Notes: a model not told the origin generated them from the sequence alone. A DNA stretch of 64,000 nucleotides from Lingula anatina (GCA_051362555.1 CM120643.1:13676644-13740643); one strand, 5' to 3'; positions 12,597-25,440 are shown, numbered from the stretch's first letter. Numbers and translations are program-made.

Positions 12597-14429
12597 TCAG
12601 CATTGATGGGATAATCGTTCGAATTCGTCCAAACGGTACCAGACTCTGAGGTACCATCTATCGTCAGTGTTGACATACCCTGACATTGTAAGACAAAGTC
12701 GACAAAAACAACAGCAATTAGCACTTGCAGCGCTGTTGTAATATATGGCAAGCTTCTGTAAATTATCAACAATCTCTCTTTGGACGTGGAGCTCTGACAC
12801 GGTGTTCGACATTGTACCAATCATAAAATTCATTATAAGGACTGCAACGAATAAAATGTATATAATGTGCAAAACCAAAAGTACGTGCATTTCTGGTGTG
12901 CCAGGGTCTGCTAACGCGGAAACAACAACCATATTTAGCATGATCTTGAAAGTTGAATAAAACGACACACCAAGGCTACCGAAGTAATCTTCACAGAAGG
13001 GAAGCAGCAGAGTGAAAAACATAAGACTGAATGTCCACATGAAAATACCTAATAGTAACAAGAATTTCGTTAAGTCGCCCAACATGCGCTCGAAAACTAA
13101 TACGTAATACCCTATCTTTGGCAGGAGCTGCATGTAGTAGAGAAAAGTCCATGTGTTCAATAACATTATTGTACTCTGCAACATATATTCGACGTACATG
13201 TGTAACCGCGATGGACTGTGATAATTAATGGCATAATGCACAAATAGGACTATCATTAGAAGGCTCTTCATAAAAGATACTGCGTGCTGCATATTCAAGA
13301 AAGCGATACTTTTTCTGTGCGTACAAAATATAATTTTTCTGAAGCCGAACCCCTTCTTTCTTGTCAAAATTAGGCTTGAAATAAACATTTTAAGTTTTTT
13401 GCCAAAATCTACTACACTTGCCAAAAGAATAAAATTACAAAAAAGAACGAGCACGATCTCGAGAAAGTTGAAAAGAGGATCTGCAGTCAGCTTCTTGCAG
13501 TGAAAAGTGTTATCGGTGCCATTGCCCGAGTCCGATTCATTTTGCGATGAAGCGTTGTACTTGCTTGAACGGAGGCCCATCACGAACATCCAGAATATTG
13601 TGCCATACAGGATCTCACCAAAAACCTCGTAAATCAGATATCGTCTCACCATTTTCCCATAGGTCTGTGTCCAAGCCTTGATAAAAGGGGATCTAAAGAG
13701 GTATTTAGTTTCACTATTCTCTAACTGGGATTCTTCAAGATATATCAAATGATAAAACGGACTTTTTGAAGACCGGCAACCGGAGGTTTCGTGGTAATCT
13801 GAGATGTCATACCACACTTGTTGTTGCAGTGCTGGAGAGGGCTTAGGGTACATGTAAACCCCTTTCGTGTTGAGAATAGTCATCATAAGAGGCAGTGTTC
13901 CAAGGACTGATGTCAACTCAAGTGGGCGCAACCCAATGTCGTTCTCCTGCAACAGCAGTTTTCGTAGTGTAATGAGTGGTACACGTGACTCCAGAATCTT
14001 GTAAATCTTCTGATATTGTTCCATGCGTTCTGGCCACAGTTTACCGGCCCATATCAAAGCGTGAATAGTGTTATTACTAGATTCTGATGATTCTATATCA
14101 ATTCCGGCTGATAGCAGTAAGTGGAAACATCTGATAGATCCTCGCATTACGGCGATCATCAGAGGAAGGCAAAATGTTGGACACTCAATGCTCAAACTAG
14201 GTGCTGGGTCGTGTTGAATGTCAAATGGAGAATTGATGATGAATCTGTCGTTGGTCTGTAAAAGACCGTCTAGTGTTTCGTGGTCATCTTGCAGTAGAGC
14301 CTGCAAATACGCCTCGTATTCTGGCAATGGCAATGAGCGGTTGTTAGAAATTAAAATATCCAGGCAATCCGTTTTGTTTGATTGCGTATCCTTACTTGAA
14401 TGAGCTGAACAGCTCGTCGCCATGGCCAT
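12597..14429 (-). CDS. TRPV-like cation channel paralog, single coding exon (~610 aa from the first ATG at 14429; the ORF-track start at 14444 is TTG)
   Basis: Close paralog of 5914-7803 with the same ankyrin-like, S4-S5, pore and S6 motifs; polypyrimidine-CAG acceptor at 14512-14530. Confidence 0.88.
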   Translation of the reverse strand: MAMATSCSAHSSKDTQSNKTDCLDILISNNRSLPLPEYEAYLQALLQDDHETLDGLLQTNDRFIINSPFDIQHDPAPSLSIECPTFCLPLMIAVMRGSIRCFHLLLSAGIDIESSESSNNTIHALIWAGKLWPERMEQYQKIYKILESRVPLITLRKLLLQENDIGLRPLELTSVLGTLPLMMTILNTKGVYMYPKPSPALQQQVWYDISDYHETSGCRSSKSPFYHLIYLEESQLENSETKYLFRSPFIKAWTQTYGKMVRRYLIYEVFGEILYGTIFWMFVMGLRSSKYNASSQNESDSGNGTDNTFHCKKLTADPLFNFLEIVLVLFCNFILLASVVDFGKKLKMFISSLILTRKKGFGFRKIIFCTHRKSIAFLNMQHAVSFMKSLLMIVLFVHYAINYHSPSRLHMYVEYMLQSTIMLLNTWTFLYYMQLLPKIGYYVLVFERMLGDLTKFLLLLGIFMWTFSLMFFTLLLPFCEDYFGSLGVSFYSTFKIMLNMVVVSALADPGTPEMHVLLVLHIIYILFVAVLIMNFMIGTMSNTVSELHVQREIVDNLQKLAIYYNSAASANCCCFCRLCLTMSGYVNTDDRWYLRVWYRLDEFERLSHQC

Positions 14430-14610
14430 GGTTTCGTTCGTCAAATCAGAGTTAAATCTGTTGTATATTTACATTGGGTTGTCACACTTTAAAAAAACTC
14501 AATGTGACAACCTGGAAACAAAAAAAAATGTAATATAATTAGTGTTTTGTATTGTGGAAGGTATTTTAAAAAGAAAGACACATTATATGGAGAATCATAC
14601 ATATACATGG

Positions 14611-14614
<4 letters not shown>

Positions 14615-14684
<70 letters not shown>
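14615..14684. repeat. Compound (CT)n(AT)n microsatellite
   Basis: Directly visible. Confidence 0.95.
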
Positions 14685-14688
<4 letters not shown>

Positions 14689-17600
14689 ACACCATACTGT
14701 GTGTATAATTTATGTACAGATAATTCGCAGGGACCAGCTGCCGCATGGGAATGAGCTGATTTAAAAGGATTTAGCAGTTTTGTTTCTCTCTTACACATAA
14801 AACAGAAATGTTTAAAACATGAAGGAGAACTTTAAACATACATATATTTCACTTTCTCTTATCCATGATAGAGCCATGATAGACCATAAAATATCTGAGT
14901 GTTCTAATACCATCTGAACTTACTATATACAGTCATAAGATTATGTATGTGTGCATTTATTCCATCTAACGTAAGAAGATTAGATACAATTATAACGTCA
15001 GAAAATACAATAGAGGGAGTGTGATAATGATAGGGTCGCTAAACGAATTTGACGGAATATAGTGACTAGCCTAATCCTCTTGTCGCCTGGTTAGGCACGC
15101 CCCCTTAGAGTACTTATGTAAACAAAATGTCTTCCATAGAGAACTATCCTTTTGTTCAACAGCTTCGCGCGTGCAGCGGATTATGTATATAGTGACGCTA
15201 TACAGCTAACTGCAGTTAAATCTGTGAAAGCTGTTATTTAATTTATTCTGCTGTGTCGGACGTTGTGGGCCAGCCCAATGGTTCATTCACTCATTCTTTT
15301 CTGAAGATTGGTGATGCATATTTTGAATGCTTAATTATTTGCCCTCCTTCTTACAAGAGAAAGGAAAAGGGGAGAGAAACAGAGACAGTGTCAAATAAAA
15401 AGGGTAAAGAGTAATATAATACATTAATTAAAGGGACTCGCGGTAGGAGAAACGATAGACTGTTTTGCATCAAGGTATGCAATTATAATCCCACATGGCC
15501 ATCGCATATACGGCCGTAGTTTAAATACATTACTCATAGTTGTATTAAATTACATTATTTTGCTGAATAGACATACATTTTAAAGTTGGTCTTTCAGGAA
15601 ATCGTTTTGTTTGAAATAACACAAACGACAGAGGTGAAATCACATATAAATTTATTCTGAAATAAAATGTTTCGCTAGATCGTGTTTACACTCAGCGAAA
15701 TGCACATAGTGATTATATTCAATGTGCCACCATTTAATTGCTTTCTCGGTTTAATTAATTGACGATAATACTTGCAGTAAGCAGGAAGGAGGAAATGCTG
15801 AAGACAAAACAACGCCGTGGGTATGTGTGACTTTCTCCCTTAACATTTTCTATGATGCTGTCAAAGGAAAAATAACCGAGATAGCGATCATTTAAACCGC
15901 TGCTGTTTACAGGTGGACTTCTTCGTTTATCATTTAAATGCCCCCTCCCCCAGCAGACCCAACTTGAGGAATGCCATTGTAGCTACAGTACACTGTATAT
16001 CAAACTCCGGTCCAAGTTATGAACTTTTTTAAATATCGATTACAACATGCTGTACAATGACTGAGTCGTGAAAGGGGTATTGGACTTCTTTACGTTAAAA
16101 ACAAATTCATTTCGAAATCAAAAGAGGATTTTTTTTTTTTTTTTTGGGGGGGGGGGGGAGGGGGGGCGTGGGGGGAGGTAAATAGTAACTCATTCCGTAA
16201 TCCTTATTGGACATTTATTTAATCGTATCAAAACGTTTGATATACAATGTTCACTAGTGTCATGATTTTGGCGATTTATTAAAACCATATTTGTACAAAA
16301 TAGGTTAGCATAAGTTAGGCAAAAACCAGTGTGAAGAACAACTCCCTTTTTAAGTGAGGCAAGACAACCTATTCAAACTGATTATAACCTTGATAAAGAC
16401 ACAAGGCAAAGGAGTTATGTAAACTAGCGTGTGAAAACACATTCTTTGTCACTGTTACAAGACAATGGAGGCGACCAAGTGGAGTAATTACAATATACCC
16501 TTGTACAGTCAAAGAGAAATTAGTTATGCCAGCTTACTTCGGGTCAGCCCTTAATTTGCTTGTTCGAAAGAAAGAGATAGATGTCGCAACGCGAATCCTT
16601 TTATTAACCCTTCATGGGTTTGTGTAAAAGTGTGAAAGACAGCTAGGCAACGATCTCGAGTCGCTGTTGATATTGTTCGCAATTAATATTGGAGTATACC
16701 GCCTACATGTAAACATCAGACAAGGCGTTGAGATCGATAAAAGTGGAGGTTTATCTGAAAAATTAGATGCCATTTTTGTGAAATGACTTATTAAATGATG
16801 TGCATGTACCTAACATGTTTAAATTCTTGATTCTTATTATTTGAAACATCTTCATACACGGCCTCATATTTATATTTCTCTCAGGCCATACTCATTTGCT
16901 TGTATAACATGGGACTCTAAAGCACAGGGCATTGTGAAAGTTAATTGGCTACAGAGACTTGTTATCCTTCATGTATTTATATAGCGTGGATGAACTAGAA
17001 ACATGCTTTACTTAGCTTTACTTAAATTGACTTGATGTTAACCTAACACTGGTTTTAAAAGAAGAAATATTAATATGTTCGATGGATTAAATCACCGACA
17101 CCGTTCTATTTTAACTTGGTCAAATACACAGTAACACAGATAATATTTATAAGTTGTCTGTCGTTCAGCACGCATTATAGGCGAGTAGCCAAACAGTGAC
17201 GATGATCAATCCAAGTAAAATTTAGGCATGTGTTGTTTACAAAATGGATCATGATGAATAAACCTACGCTTTAATAAACAATCACCACACGGTTCTGTTT
17301 TTGTCACTTAAAAGCTTTCGTTTAAAGACGCTCAATGATATCAAAAATCATTCGACCCTGTAAAAATGGACCGGTTCAAGGGGCATTTTTTGTTTCAGCT
17401 AGGGGGATTTCAGGAAGAGGATTCAGTGTAGGTGTTTCCTCTGATGATAGCAGCATCACACCCTAGGTCTAAGCCAGTTGACTAGAAGCTTTTTGTCCAA
17501 CCATCCTATTCCTACTACTAAACTTATAACTCTAAACCACAAAGGTTTATGCGGTAAAAATATTTAAACTAAATGAGGTGTATTGACAGAGGCACAAGTA

Positions 17601-18730
17601 CAATCCAACGCCAACGTGCAACAGGGGAAAGTCTGTCAGTGTATTACATAATATATGAAAGTGCGGTCAATATTAACAGTGTAAGACATCAGTTAAAGAG
17701 GAGGGGGTCTTACTATCTTTTGTTAAACGCGACTGTTATTATCTCTCGAACAAGCTTAAACCATGCCTTATACAATAGCGAGAAGCAAGTCGATTATTAT
17801 TAGAATTTATGTGTTGGGGGTGGTGGGCTCATGACCTAGTTAGATTCCACTTTACCAGAATAACACGATTCAGAGCTGGGCCTCTGAGGACGTGTATTTT
17901 TACAGCGCCCCTTGCAGAGTAGACAGCGGCTCTTAGAGTGTGTTAGGCTTTTCGCCTTTATTATGAGAACCACTTGTCTTTGATAGGAAGGTAGGTGTCT
18001 CGCCTGCCTGGTATGAGATACATAGTCATTTATATATGTAGGGTGCCCTGAAAAGGACATTCCGTGCTGAGTAGAGAGCGACTCTTAGAGTGTGTTAGGC
18101 TTCTCGCCTTTATTATAGGGAAAGAACGTCTTTATAAGAGAGTAGGTGTCTCGCCTACTTCGTATGAGATTTATAGATACCGATCTACACTGGGGGCCCT
18201 GAAAAGGGCATTTCGTGATTGGCACAATAGAGGCGTCTCGCCTGTCGAGGGAAGGGGGAGGGTGGACTGGTTGCAGAGTGTTGGGGGTGGTGGGCTCATG
18301 ACCTAGTTAGATTCCACTTTACCAGAATAACACGATTCAGAGCTGGGCCTCTGAGGACGTGTATTTTTACAGCGCCCCTTGCAGAGTAGACAGCGGCTCT
18401 TAGAGTGTGTTAGGCTTTTCGCCTTTATTATGAGAACCACTTGTCTTTGATAGGAAGGTAGGTGTCTCGCCTGCCTGGTATGAGATACATAGTCATTTAT
18501 ATATGTAGGGTGCCCTGAAAAGGACATTCCGTGCTGAGTAGAGAGCGACTCTTAGAGTGTGTTAGGCTTCTCGCCTTTATTATAGGGAAAGAACGTCTTT
18601 ATAAGAGAGTAGGTGTCTCGCCTACTTCGTATGAGATTTATAGATACCGATCTACACTGGGGGCCCTGAAAAGGGCATTTCGTGATTGGCACAATAGAGG
18701 CGTCTCGCCTGTCGAGGGAAGGGGGAGGGT

Positions 18731-18789
18731 GGACTGGTTGCAGAAAGCGCTTTTCGGTCAACAAGTGACCTTCATCAGCTGCAGAGTCC
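18731..18789 (-). ncRNA. Minimal type I hammerhead ribozyme (further minus-strand copies at 21304-21362, 23877-23935, 26450-26508, 32328-32386, 34901-34959; core-mutant copy at 29023-29081)
   Basis: Reverse complement reads GGACU-C-UGCAG CUGAUGA A GGUCA cuugu UGACC GAA AAGCGCUU U^ CUGCA-ACC-AGUCC. Confidence 0.88.
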
Positions 18790-19611
18790 GATTAATAAAA
18801 AAAAGGAAAAATTTAGGGACGTAGGGGCTGGTAAGCAAAGGTGTCTCGCCTTTGTTTAGTAAGTTTTCATCAATGGTGTCTCGCCATTGTGAATGATACG
18901 GGCCATCTCGGCTTTTAAGTATCATGCTTTGTTTAGTGATTTTCATCAATGGTGTCTCGCCATTGTGAATGATACGAGCCATCTCGGCTTTATAGTATCA
19001 TGCTTGATCACAAGTGTCTCGCTTGTGTCAAAGTGGACGGTATGAATCGAGCGTGTGAATGGCTCAAGAGTCGGAGGTCGACTGAGGATTTGTTGAAATT
19101 GTGTCAAATCGAGATCGAGGCCGCGATCTGATTGGTTGTTTCAGTTATGAGTTTTGATTGGCTGTTCTCGTGGTGTATCTTGATCCTATCTGTTTAGATG
19201 TAGTTTATTTGGTTTCATTTTTGGCAAGGTATTTTAACCTCGGATCAAATTTATTAGTATTCTTATGCTGTGCATTTGCGTGTTAACACTGAATTTTCAT
19301 TTGCTAGGATGGTCTGTATAGGTTTCGGGCACCTCTTTTAATTTTGGAAGGCTTTCTCCTTGTTGCTTATAAATAAACTGAGATATCATCTCGCCTTTTA
19401 TTTGCGATGTTTGTGTCTTATAAGTCGATTGTGCCCTGTAAGTGTTTAAAATTTGGTCTAAATGAGATTATGGCATTTTGCTTTATCTCCAGAATGACTT
19501 TTCTTTTCTTTATTGATTATTAATAAGTGTGGGGAAGGCATCTCGCCTTTTATTTGCATTATTGCGCTCTATTTGAACATTCAGGTTTAGCTTTTCCTGG
19601 TAGAAATGGGT

Positions 19612-19627
19612 GGCCCTGAAAAGGGCC
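19612..19627 (-). terminator. Histone-type mRNA 3' stem-loop downstream of the 209-aa ORF (present after all nine ORF copies)
   Basis: Reverse complement AAAAAC-GGCCCTTTTCAGGGCC-ACCCA. Confidence 0.8.
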
Positions 19628-19664
19628 GTTTTTTTCCGAGGACGTAGAAGCAGTGGCTTCTATT

Positions 19665-20294
19665 TTACAGTGTAGTTTTCTTGGCTGAGGTTAGTCTTCG
19701 TTTCACTTTGCTGGCTAGCACGCGGCTCTTCTTCTTGTCCTTCATGGCGAGAATGAGGAGTCTCATTTGCTCCATGATCTGGTTGTTTGTGGTCGTTGAA
19801 GTAGAGGGTTGGTTTCCTGGCGTGTACACGCCGTGGATGTTGAAGTGCTCTTCCGCCCTGGATTCCCTCTCTTCTGCCTTTGCTAAGCTTTCCTTAGCTT
19901 TGTCTACGAAAGCTTGCGTGTGGGCCTCGATCGCGGATTTAAGCTCTGTTGCGGCCTTGTCTTGTATGTTGATCATTGCTGCCAGAAGGATGTCGTCATC
20001 AGGGCACCCCCTGAAGTCTACACGGCATCTGACATGGTGGGCGTTGTTGCTGAGTTGTGTGAGCATGTGGTCTGCCCAGTCAGAGCAGCCTTTCAGGTAA
20101 GCTTTTGCTCTGACGACTTCGTCGTGGTAGGGGTTGCCGTTGACTCCTGGGGGGCCGGCTGTAATTGGCGCCGGTCTCTTGGGGATTCTCCCCCTGGGTG
20201 GTGCAGTGCTATGCCAGTTTTTTGATTCCATATTTCTAGGTTTTTTCCATTCCCTAGGAGATCGTTTTCCTCTGATACTTGTTTGATGATACAT
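19665..20294 (-). CDS. 209-aa element-encoded protein, copy 1 (basic N- and C-termini, helical core)
   Basis: Longest ORF of the unit, ATG start, same strand as the ribozyme, upstream CCAAT/TATA-like motifs, downstream histone stem-loop. Confidence 0.7.
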   Translation of the reverse strand: MYHQTSIRGKRSPREWKKPRNMESKNWHSTAPPRGRIPKRPAPITAGPPGVNGNPYHDEVVRAKAYLKGCSDWADHMLTQLSNNAHHVRCRVDFRGCPDDDILLAAMINIQDKAATELKSAIEAHTQAFVDKAKESLAKAEERESRAEEHFNIHGVYTPGNQPSTSTTTNNQIMEQMRLLILAMKDKKKSRVLASKVKRRLTSAKKTTL

Positions 20295-22237
20295 AGTGAG
20301 CGCGTTGTGAAAGAAATTGCTGTATTGCCAGACTTATGCCTTCCATTGAGAGTGTGCTGCTTTAAGTGTACACCCTGCTGAGGGGAGCACCGACGTTAAG
20401 GAGCTATGTGGTGTTGTGTGCTTCCCGTTGATTCTAAAAGTGTGTCATTAAGGAGCTTTGTGATTGGCTGATTGTCAAGCCATTGTCCGGTGTCTTATGT
20501 CTTGACTATTCAAGAATGTATGCACAGAATCCCCCGACAAGTGTAAATTTTGGTTTTAGTGGTTGTTTGTCAGGTTTTCTTGGTTATTACTATTGTTCCC
20601 TAGTGAGTAATAGGAACGTAGTTGTCTCGCCTACGTGGTATGTGATTATCATTATCATATGTCCGTGTATTATGGTACATAGATCATTTTGTTCCTTGTG
20701 ATCCGTAGGTTAAGGCGTGTTCCGATAAAGCAGAAAAAACCCCGTCACGCCAGTACCCAAAACACTAGCTACAAAGTAACCAGTGTTAAGGGACGGTTCC
20801 CGGTTCGGACAGTCCCACATTGCGGCCGGCCCCAGGGCCAAATAGCTTAAGTGTTGGGGGTGGTGGGCTCATGACCTAGTTAGATTCCACTTTACCAGAA
20901 TAACACGATTCAGAGCTGGGCCTCTGAGGACGTGTATTTTTACAGCGCCCCTTGCAGAGTAGACAGCGGCTCTTAGAGTGTGTTAGGCTTTTCGCCTTTA
21001 TTATGAGAACCACTTGTCTTTGATAGGAAGGTAGGTGTCTCGCCTGCCTGGTATGAGATACATAGTCATTTATATATGTAGGGTGCCCTGAAAAGGACAT
21101 TCCGTGCTGAGTAGAGAGCGACTCTTAGAGTGTGTTAGGCTTCTCGCCTTTATTATAGGGAAAGAACGTCTTTATAAGAGAGTAGGTGTCTCGCCTACTT
21201 CGTATGAGATTTATAGATACCGATCTACACTGGGGGCCCTGAAAAGGGCATTTCGTGATTGGCACAATAGAGGCGTCTCGCCTGTCGAGGGAAGGGGGAG
21301 GGTGGACTGGTTGCAGAAAGCGCTTTTCGGTCAACAAGTGACCTTCATCAGCTGCAGAGTCCGATTAATAAAAAAAAGGAAAAATTTAGGGACGTAGGGG
21401 CTGGTAAGCAAAGGTGTCTCGCCTTTGTTTAGTAAGTTTTCATCAATGGTGTCTCGCCATTGTGAATGATACGGGCCATCTCGGCTTTTAAGTATCATGC
21501 TTTGTTTAGTGATTTTCATCAATGGTGTCTCGCCATTGTGAATGATACGAGCCATCTCGGCTTTATAGTATCATGCTTGATCACAAGTGTCTCGCTTGTG
21601 TCAAAGTGGACGGTATGAATCGAGCGTGTGAATGGCTCAAGAGTCGGAGGTCGACTGAGGATTTGTTGAAATTGTGTCAAATCGAGATCGAGGCCGCGAT
21701 CTGATTGGTTGTTTCAGTTATGAGTTTTGATTGGCTGTTCTCGTGGTGTATCTTGATCCTATCTGTTTAGATGTAGTTTATTTGGTTTCATTTTTGGCAA
21801 GGTATTTTAACCTCGGATCAAATTTATTAGTATTCTTATGCTGTGCATTTGCGTGTTAACACTGAATTTTCATTTGCTAGGATGGTCTGTATAGGTTTCG
21901 GGCACCTCTTTTAATTTTGGAAGGCTTTCTCCTTGTTGCTTATAAATAAACTGAGATATCATCTCGCCTTTTATTTGCGATGTTTGTGTCTTATAAGTCG
22001 ATTGTGCCCTGTAAGTGTTTAAAATTTGGTCTAAATGAGATTATGGCATTTTGCTTTATCTCCAGAATGACTTTTCTTTTCTTTATTGATTATTAATAAG
22101 TGTGGGGAAGGCATCTCGCCTTTTATTTGCATTATTGCGCTCTATTTGAACATTCAGGTTTAGCTTTTCCTGGTAGAAATGGGTGGCCCTGAAAAGGGCC
22201 GTTTTTTTCCGAGGACGTAGAAGCAGTGGCTTCTATT

Positions 22238-22867
22238 TTACAGTGTAGTTTTCTTGGCTGAGGTTAGTCTTCGTTTCACTTTGCTGGCTAGCACGCGGCT
22301 CTTCTTCTTGTCCTTCATGGCGAGAATGAGGAGTCTCATTTGCTCCATGATCTGGTTGTTTGTGGTCGTTGAAGTAGAGGGTTGGTTTCCTGGCGTGTAC
22401 ACGCCGTGGATGTTGAAGTGCTCTTCCGCCCTGGATTCCCTCTCTTCTGCCTTTGCTAAGCTTTCCTTAGCTTTGTCTACGAAAGCTTGCGTGTGGGCCT
22501 CGATCGCGGATTTAAGCTCTGTTGCGGCCTTGTCTTGTATGTTGATCATTGCTGCCAGAAGGATGTCGTCATCAGGGCACCCCCTGAAGTCTACACGGCA
22601 TCTGACATGGTGGGCGTTGTTGCTGAGTTGTGTGAGCATGTGGTCTGCCCAGTCAGAGCAGCCTTTCAGGTAAGCTTTTGCTCTGACGACTTCGTCGTGG
22701 TAGGGGTTGCCGTTGACTCCTGGGGGGCCGGCTGTAATTGGCGCCGGTCTCTTGGGGATTCTCCCCCTGGGTGGTGCAGTGCTATGCCAGTTTTTTGATT
22801 CCATATTTCTAGGTTTTTTCCATTCCCTAGGAGATCGTTTTCCTCTGATACTTGTTTGATGATACAT
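22238..22867 (-). CDS. 209-aa element-encoded protein, copy 2
   Basis: Translation identical to copy 1. Confidence 0.7.
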   Translation of the reverse strand: MYHQTSIRGKRSPREWKKPRNMESKNWHSTAPPRGRIPKRPAPITAGPPGVNGNPYHDEVVRAKAYLKGCSDWADHMLTQLSNNAHHVRCRVDFRGCPDDDILLAAMINIQDKAATELKSAIEAHTQAFVDKAKESLAKAEERESRAEEHFNIHGVYTPGNQPSTSTTTNNQIMEQMRLLILAMKDKKKSRVLASKVKRRLTSAKKTTL

Positions 22868-24810
22868 AGTGAGCGCGTTGTGAAAGAAATTGCTGTATTG
22901 CCAGACTTATGCCTTCCATTGAGAGTGTGCTGCTTTAAGTATACACCCTGCTGAGGGGAGCACCGACGTTAAGGAGCTATGTGGTGTTGTGTGCTTCCCG
23001 TTGATTCTAAAAGTGTGTCATTAAGGAGCTTTGTGATTGGCTGATTGTCAAGCCATTGTCCGGTGTCTTATGTCTTGACTATTCAAGAATGTATGCACAG
23101 AATCCCCCGACAAGTGTAAATTTTGGTTTTAGTGGTTGTTTGTCAGGTTTTCTTGGTTATTACTATTGTTCCCTAGTGAGTAATAGGAACGTAGTTGTCT
23201 CGCCTACGTGGTATGTGATTATCATTATCATATGTCCGTGTATTATGGTACATAGATCATTTTGTTCCTTGTGATCCGTAGGTTAAGGCGTGTTCCGATA
23301 AAGCAGAAAAAACCCCGTCACGCCAGTACCCAAAACACTAGCTACAAAGTAACCAGTGTTAAGGGACGGTTCCCGGTTCGGACAGTCCCACATTGCGGCC
23401 GGCCCCAGGGCCAAATAGCTTAAGTGTTGGGGGTGGTGGGCTCATGACCTAGTTAGATTCCACTTTACCAGAATAACACGATTCAGAGCTGGGCCTCTGA
23501 GGACGTGTATTTTTACAGCGCCCCTTGCAGAGTAGACAGCGGCTCTTAGAGTGTGTTAGGCTTTTCGCCTTTATTATGAGAACCACTTGTCTTTGATAGG
23601 AAGGTAGGTGTCTCGCCTGCCTGGTATGAGATACATAGTCATTTATATATGTAGGGTGCCCTGAAAAGGACATTCCGTGCTGAGTAGAGAGCGACTCTTA
23701 GAGTGTGTTAGGCTTCTCGCCTTTATTATAGGGAAAGAACGTCTTTATAAGAGAGTAGGTGTCTCGCCTACTTCGTATGAGATTTATAGATACCGATCTA
23801 CACTGGGGGCCCTGAAAAGGGCATTTCGTGATTGGCACAATAGAGGCGTCTCGCCTGTCGAGGGAAGGGGGAGGGTGGACTGGTTGCAGAAAGCGCTTTT
23901 CGGTCAACAAGTGACCTTCATCAGCTGCAGAGTCCGATTAATAAAAAAAAGGAAAAATTTAGGGACGTAGGGGCTGGTAAGCAAAGGTGTCTCGCCTTTG
24001 TTTAGTAAGTTTTCATCAATGGTGTCTCGCCATTGTGAATGATACGGGCCATCTCGGCTTTTAAGTATCATGCTTTGTTTAGTGATTTTCATCAATGGTG
24101 TCTCGCCATTGTGAATGATACGAGCCATCTCGGCTTTATAGTATCATGCTTGATCACAAGTGTCTCGCTTGTGTCAAAGTGGACGGTATGAATCGAGCGT
24201 GTGAATGGCTCAAGAGTCGGAGGTCGACTGAGGATTTGTTGAAATTGTGTCAAATCGAGATCGAGGCCGCGATCTGATTGGTTGTTTCAGTTATGAGTTT
24301 TGATTGGCTGTTCTCGTGGTGTATCTTGATCCTATCTGTTTAGATGTAGTTTATTTGGTTTCATTTTTGGCAAGGTATTTTAACCTCGGATCAAATTTAT
24401 TAGTATTCTTATGCTGTGCATTTGCGTGTTAACACTGAATTTTCATTTGCTAGGATGGTCTGTATAGGTTTCGGGCACCTCTTTTAATTTTGGAAGGCTT
24501 TCTCCTTGTTGCTTATAAATAAACTGAGATATCATCTCGCCTTTTATTTGCGATGTTTGTGTCTTATAAGTCGATTGTGCCCTGTAAGTGTTTAAAATTT
24601 GGTCTAAATGAGATTATGGCATTTTGCTTTATCTCCAGAATGACTTTTCTTTTCTTTATTGATTATTAATAAGTGTGGGGAAGGCATCTCGCCTTTTATT
24701 TGCATTATTGCGCTCTATTTGAACATTCAGGTTTAGCTTTTCCTGGTAGAAATGGGTGGCCCTGAAAAGGGCCGTTTTTTTCCGAGGACGTAGAAGCAGT
24801 GGCTTCTATT

Positions 24811-25440
24811 TTACAGTGTAGTTTTCTTGGCTGAGGTTAGTCTTCGTTTCACTTTGCTGGCTAGCACGCGGCTCTTCTTCTTGTCCTTCATGGCGAGAAT
24901 GAGGAGTCTCATTTGCTCCATGATCTGGTTGTTTGTGGTCGTTGAAGTAGAGGGTTGGTTTCCTGGCGTGTACACGCCGTGGATGTTGAAGTGCTCTTCC
25001 GCCCTGGATTCCCTCTCTTCTGCCTTTGCTAAGCTTTCCTTAGCTTTGTCTACGAAAGCTTGCGTGTGGGCCTCGATCGCGGATTTAAGCTCTGTTGCGG
25101 CCTTGTCTTGTATGTTGATCATTGCTGCCAGAAGGATGTCGTCATCAGGGCACCCCCTGAAGTCTACACGGCATCTGACATGGTGGGCGTTGTTGCTGAG
25201 TTGTGTGAGCATGTGGTCTGCCCAGTCAGAGCAGCCTTTCAGGTAAGCTTTTGCTCTGACGACTTCGTCGTGGTAGGGGTTGCCGTTGACTCCTGGGGGG
25301 CCGGCTGTAATTGGCGCCGGTCTCTTGGGGATTCTCCCCCTGGGTGGTGCAGTGCTATGCCAGTTTTTTGATTCCATATTTCTAGGTTTTTTCCATTCCC
25401 TAGGAGATCGTTTTCCTCTGATACTTGTTTGATGATACAT
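24811..25440 (-). CDS. 209-aa element-encoded protein, copy 3
   Basis: Translation identical to copy 1. Confidence 0.7.
   Translation of the reverse strand: MYHQTSIRGKRSPREWKKPRNMESKNWHSTAPPRGRIPKRPAPITAGPPGVNGNPYHDEVVRAKAYLKGCSDWADHMLTQLSNNAHHVRCRVDFRGCPDDDILLAAMINIQDKAATELKSAIEAHTQAFVDKAKESLAKAEERESRAEEHFNIHGVYTPGNQPSTSTTTNNQIMEQMRLLILAMKDKKKSRVLASKVKRRLTSAKKTTL

Larger units (their letters stand above)
1345..14429. repeat. Tandem segmental duplication, unit ~6.4-6.7 kb (TRPV-like gene plus spacer)
   Basis: 1345-5540 aligns by eye with ~7700-12510 through non-coding DNA (e.g. 3590-3776 vs 10508-10690; 4860-5220 vs 11770-12130), and 5960-7800 with 12597-14420. Confidence 0.92.

Noticed and set aside
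16129-16176. Poly-T/poly-G run as a functional G-quadruplex
   Set aside because: Simple low-complexity tract with no supporting context
18663-18676. GCCCTGAAAAGGGC resembling lambda boxB
   Set aside because: It is the reverse complement of the histone-type hairpin; the eukaryotic context and the flanks of the canonical copy favour the other strand
19665-20294. 209-aa protein as a histone (H1-like) or as a hepatitis delta antigen/Oblin homolog
   Set aside because: No histone-fold or H1 globular motifs, no recognisable similarity to delta antigen or Oblin, and the unit shows no whole-length rod-like self-complementarity that I can see
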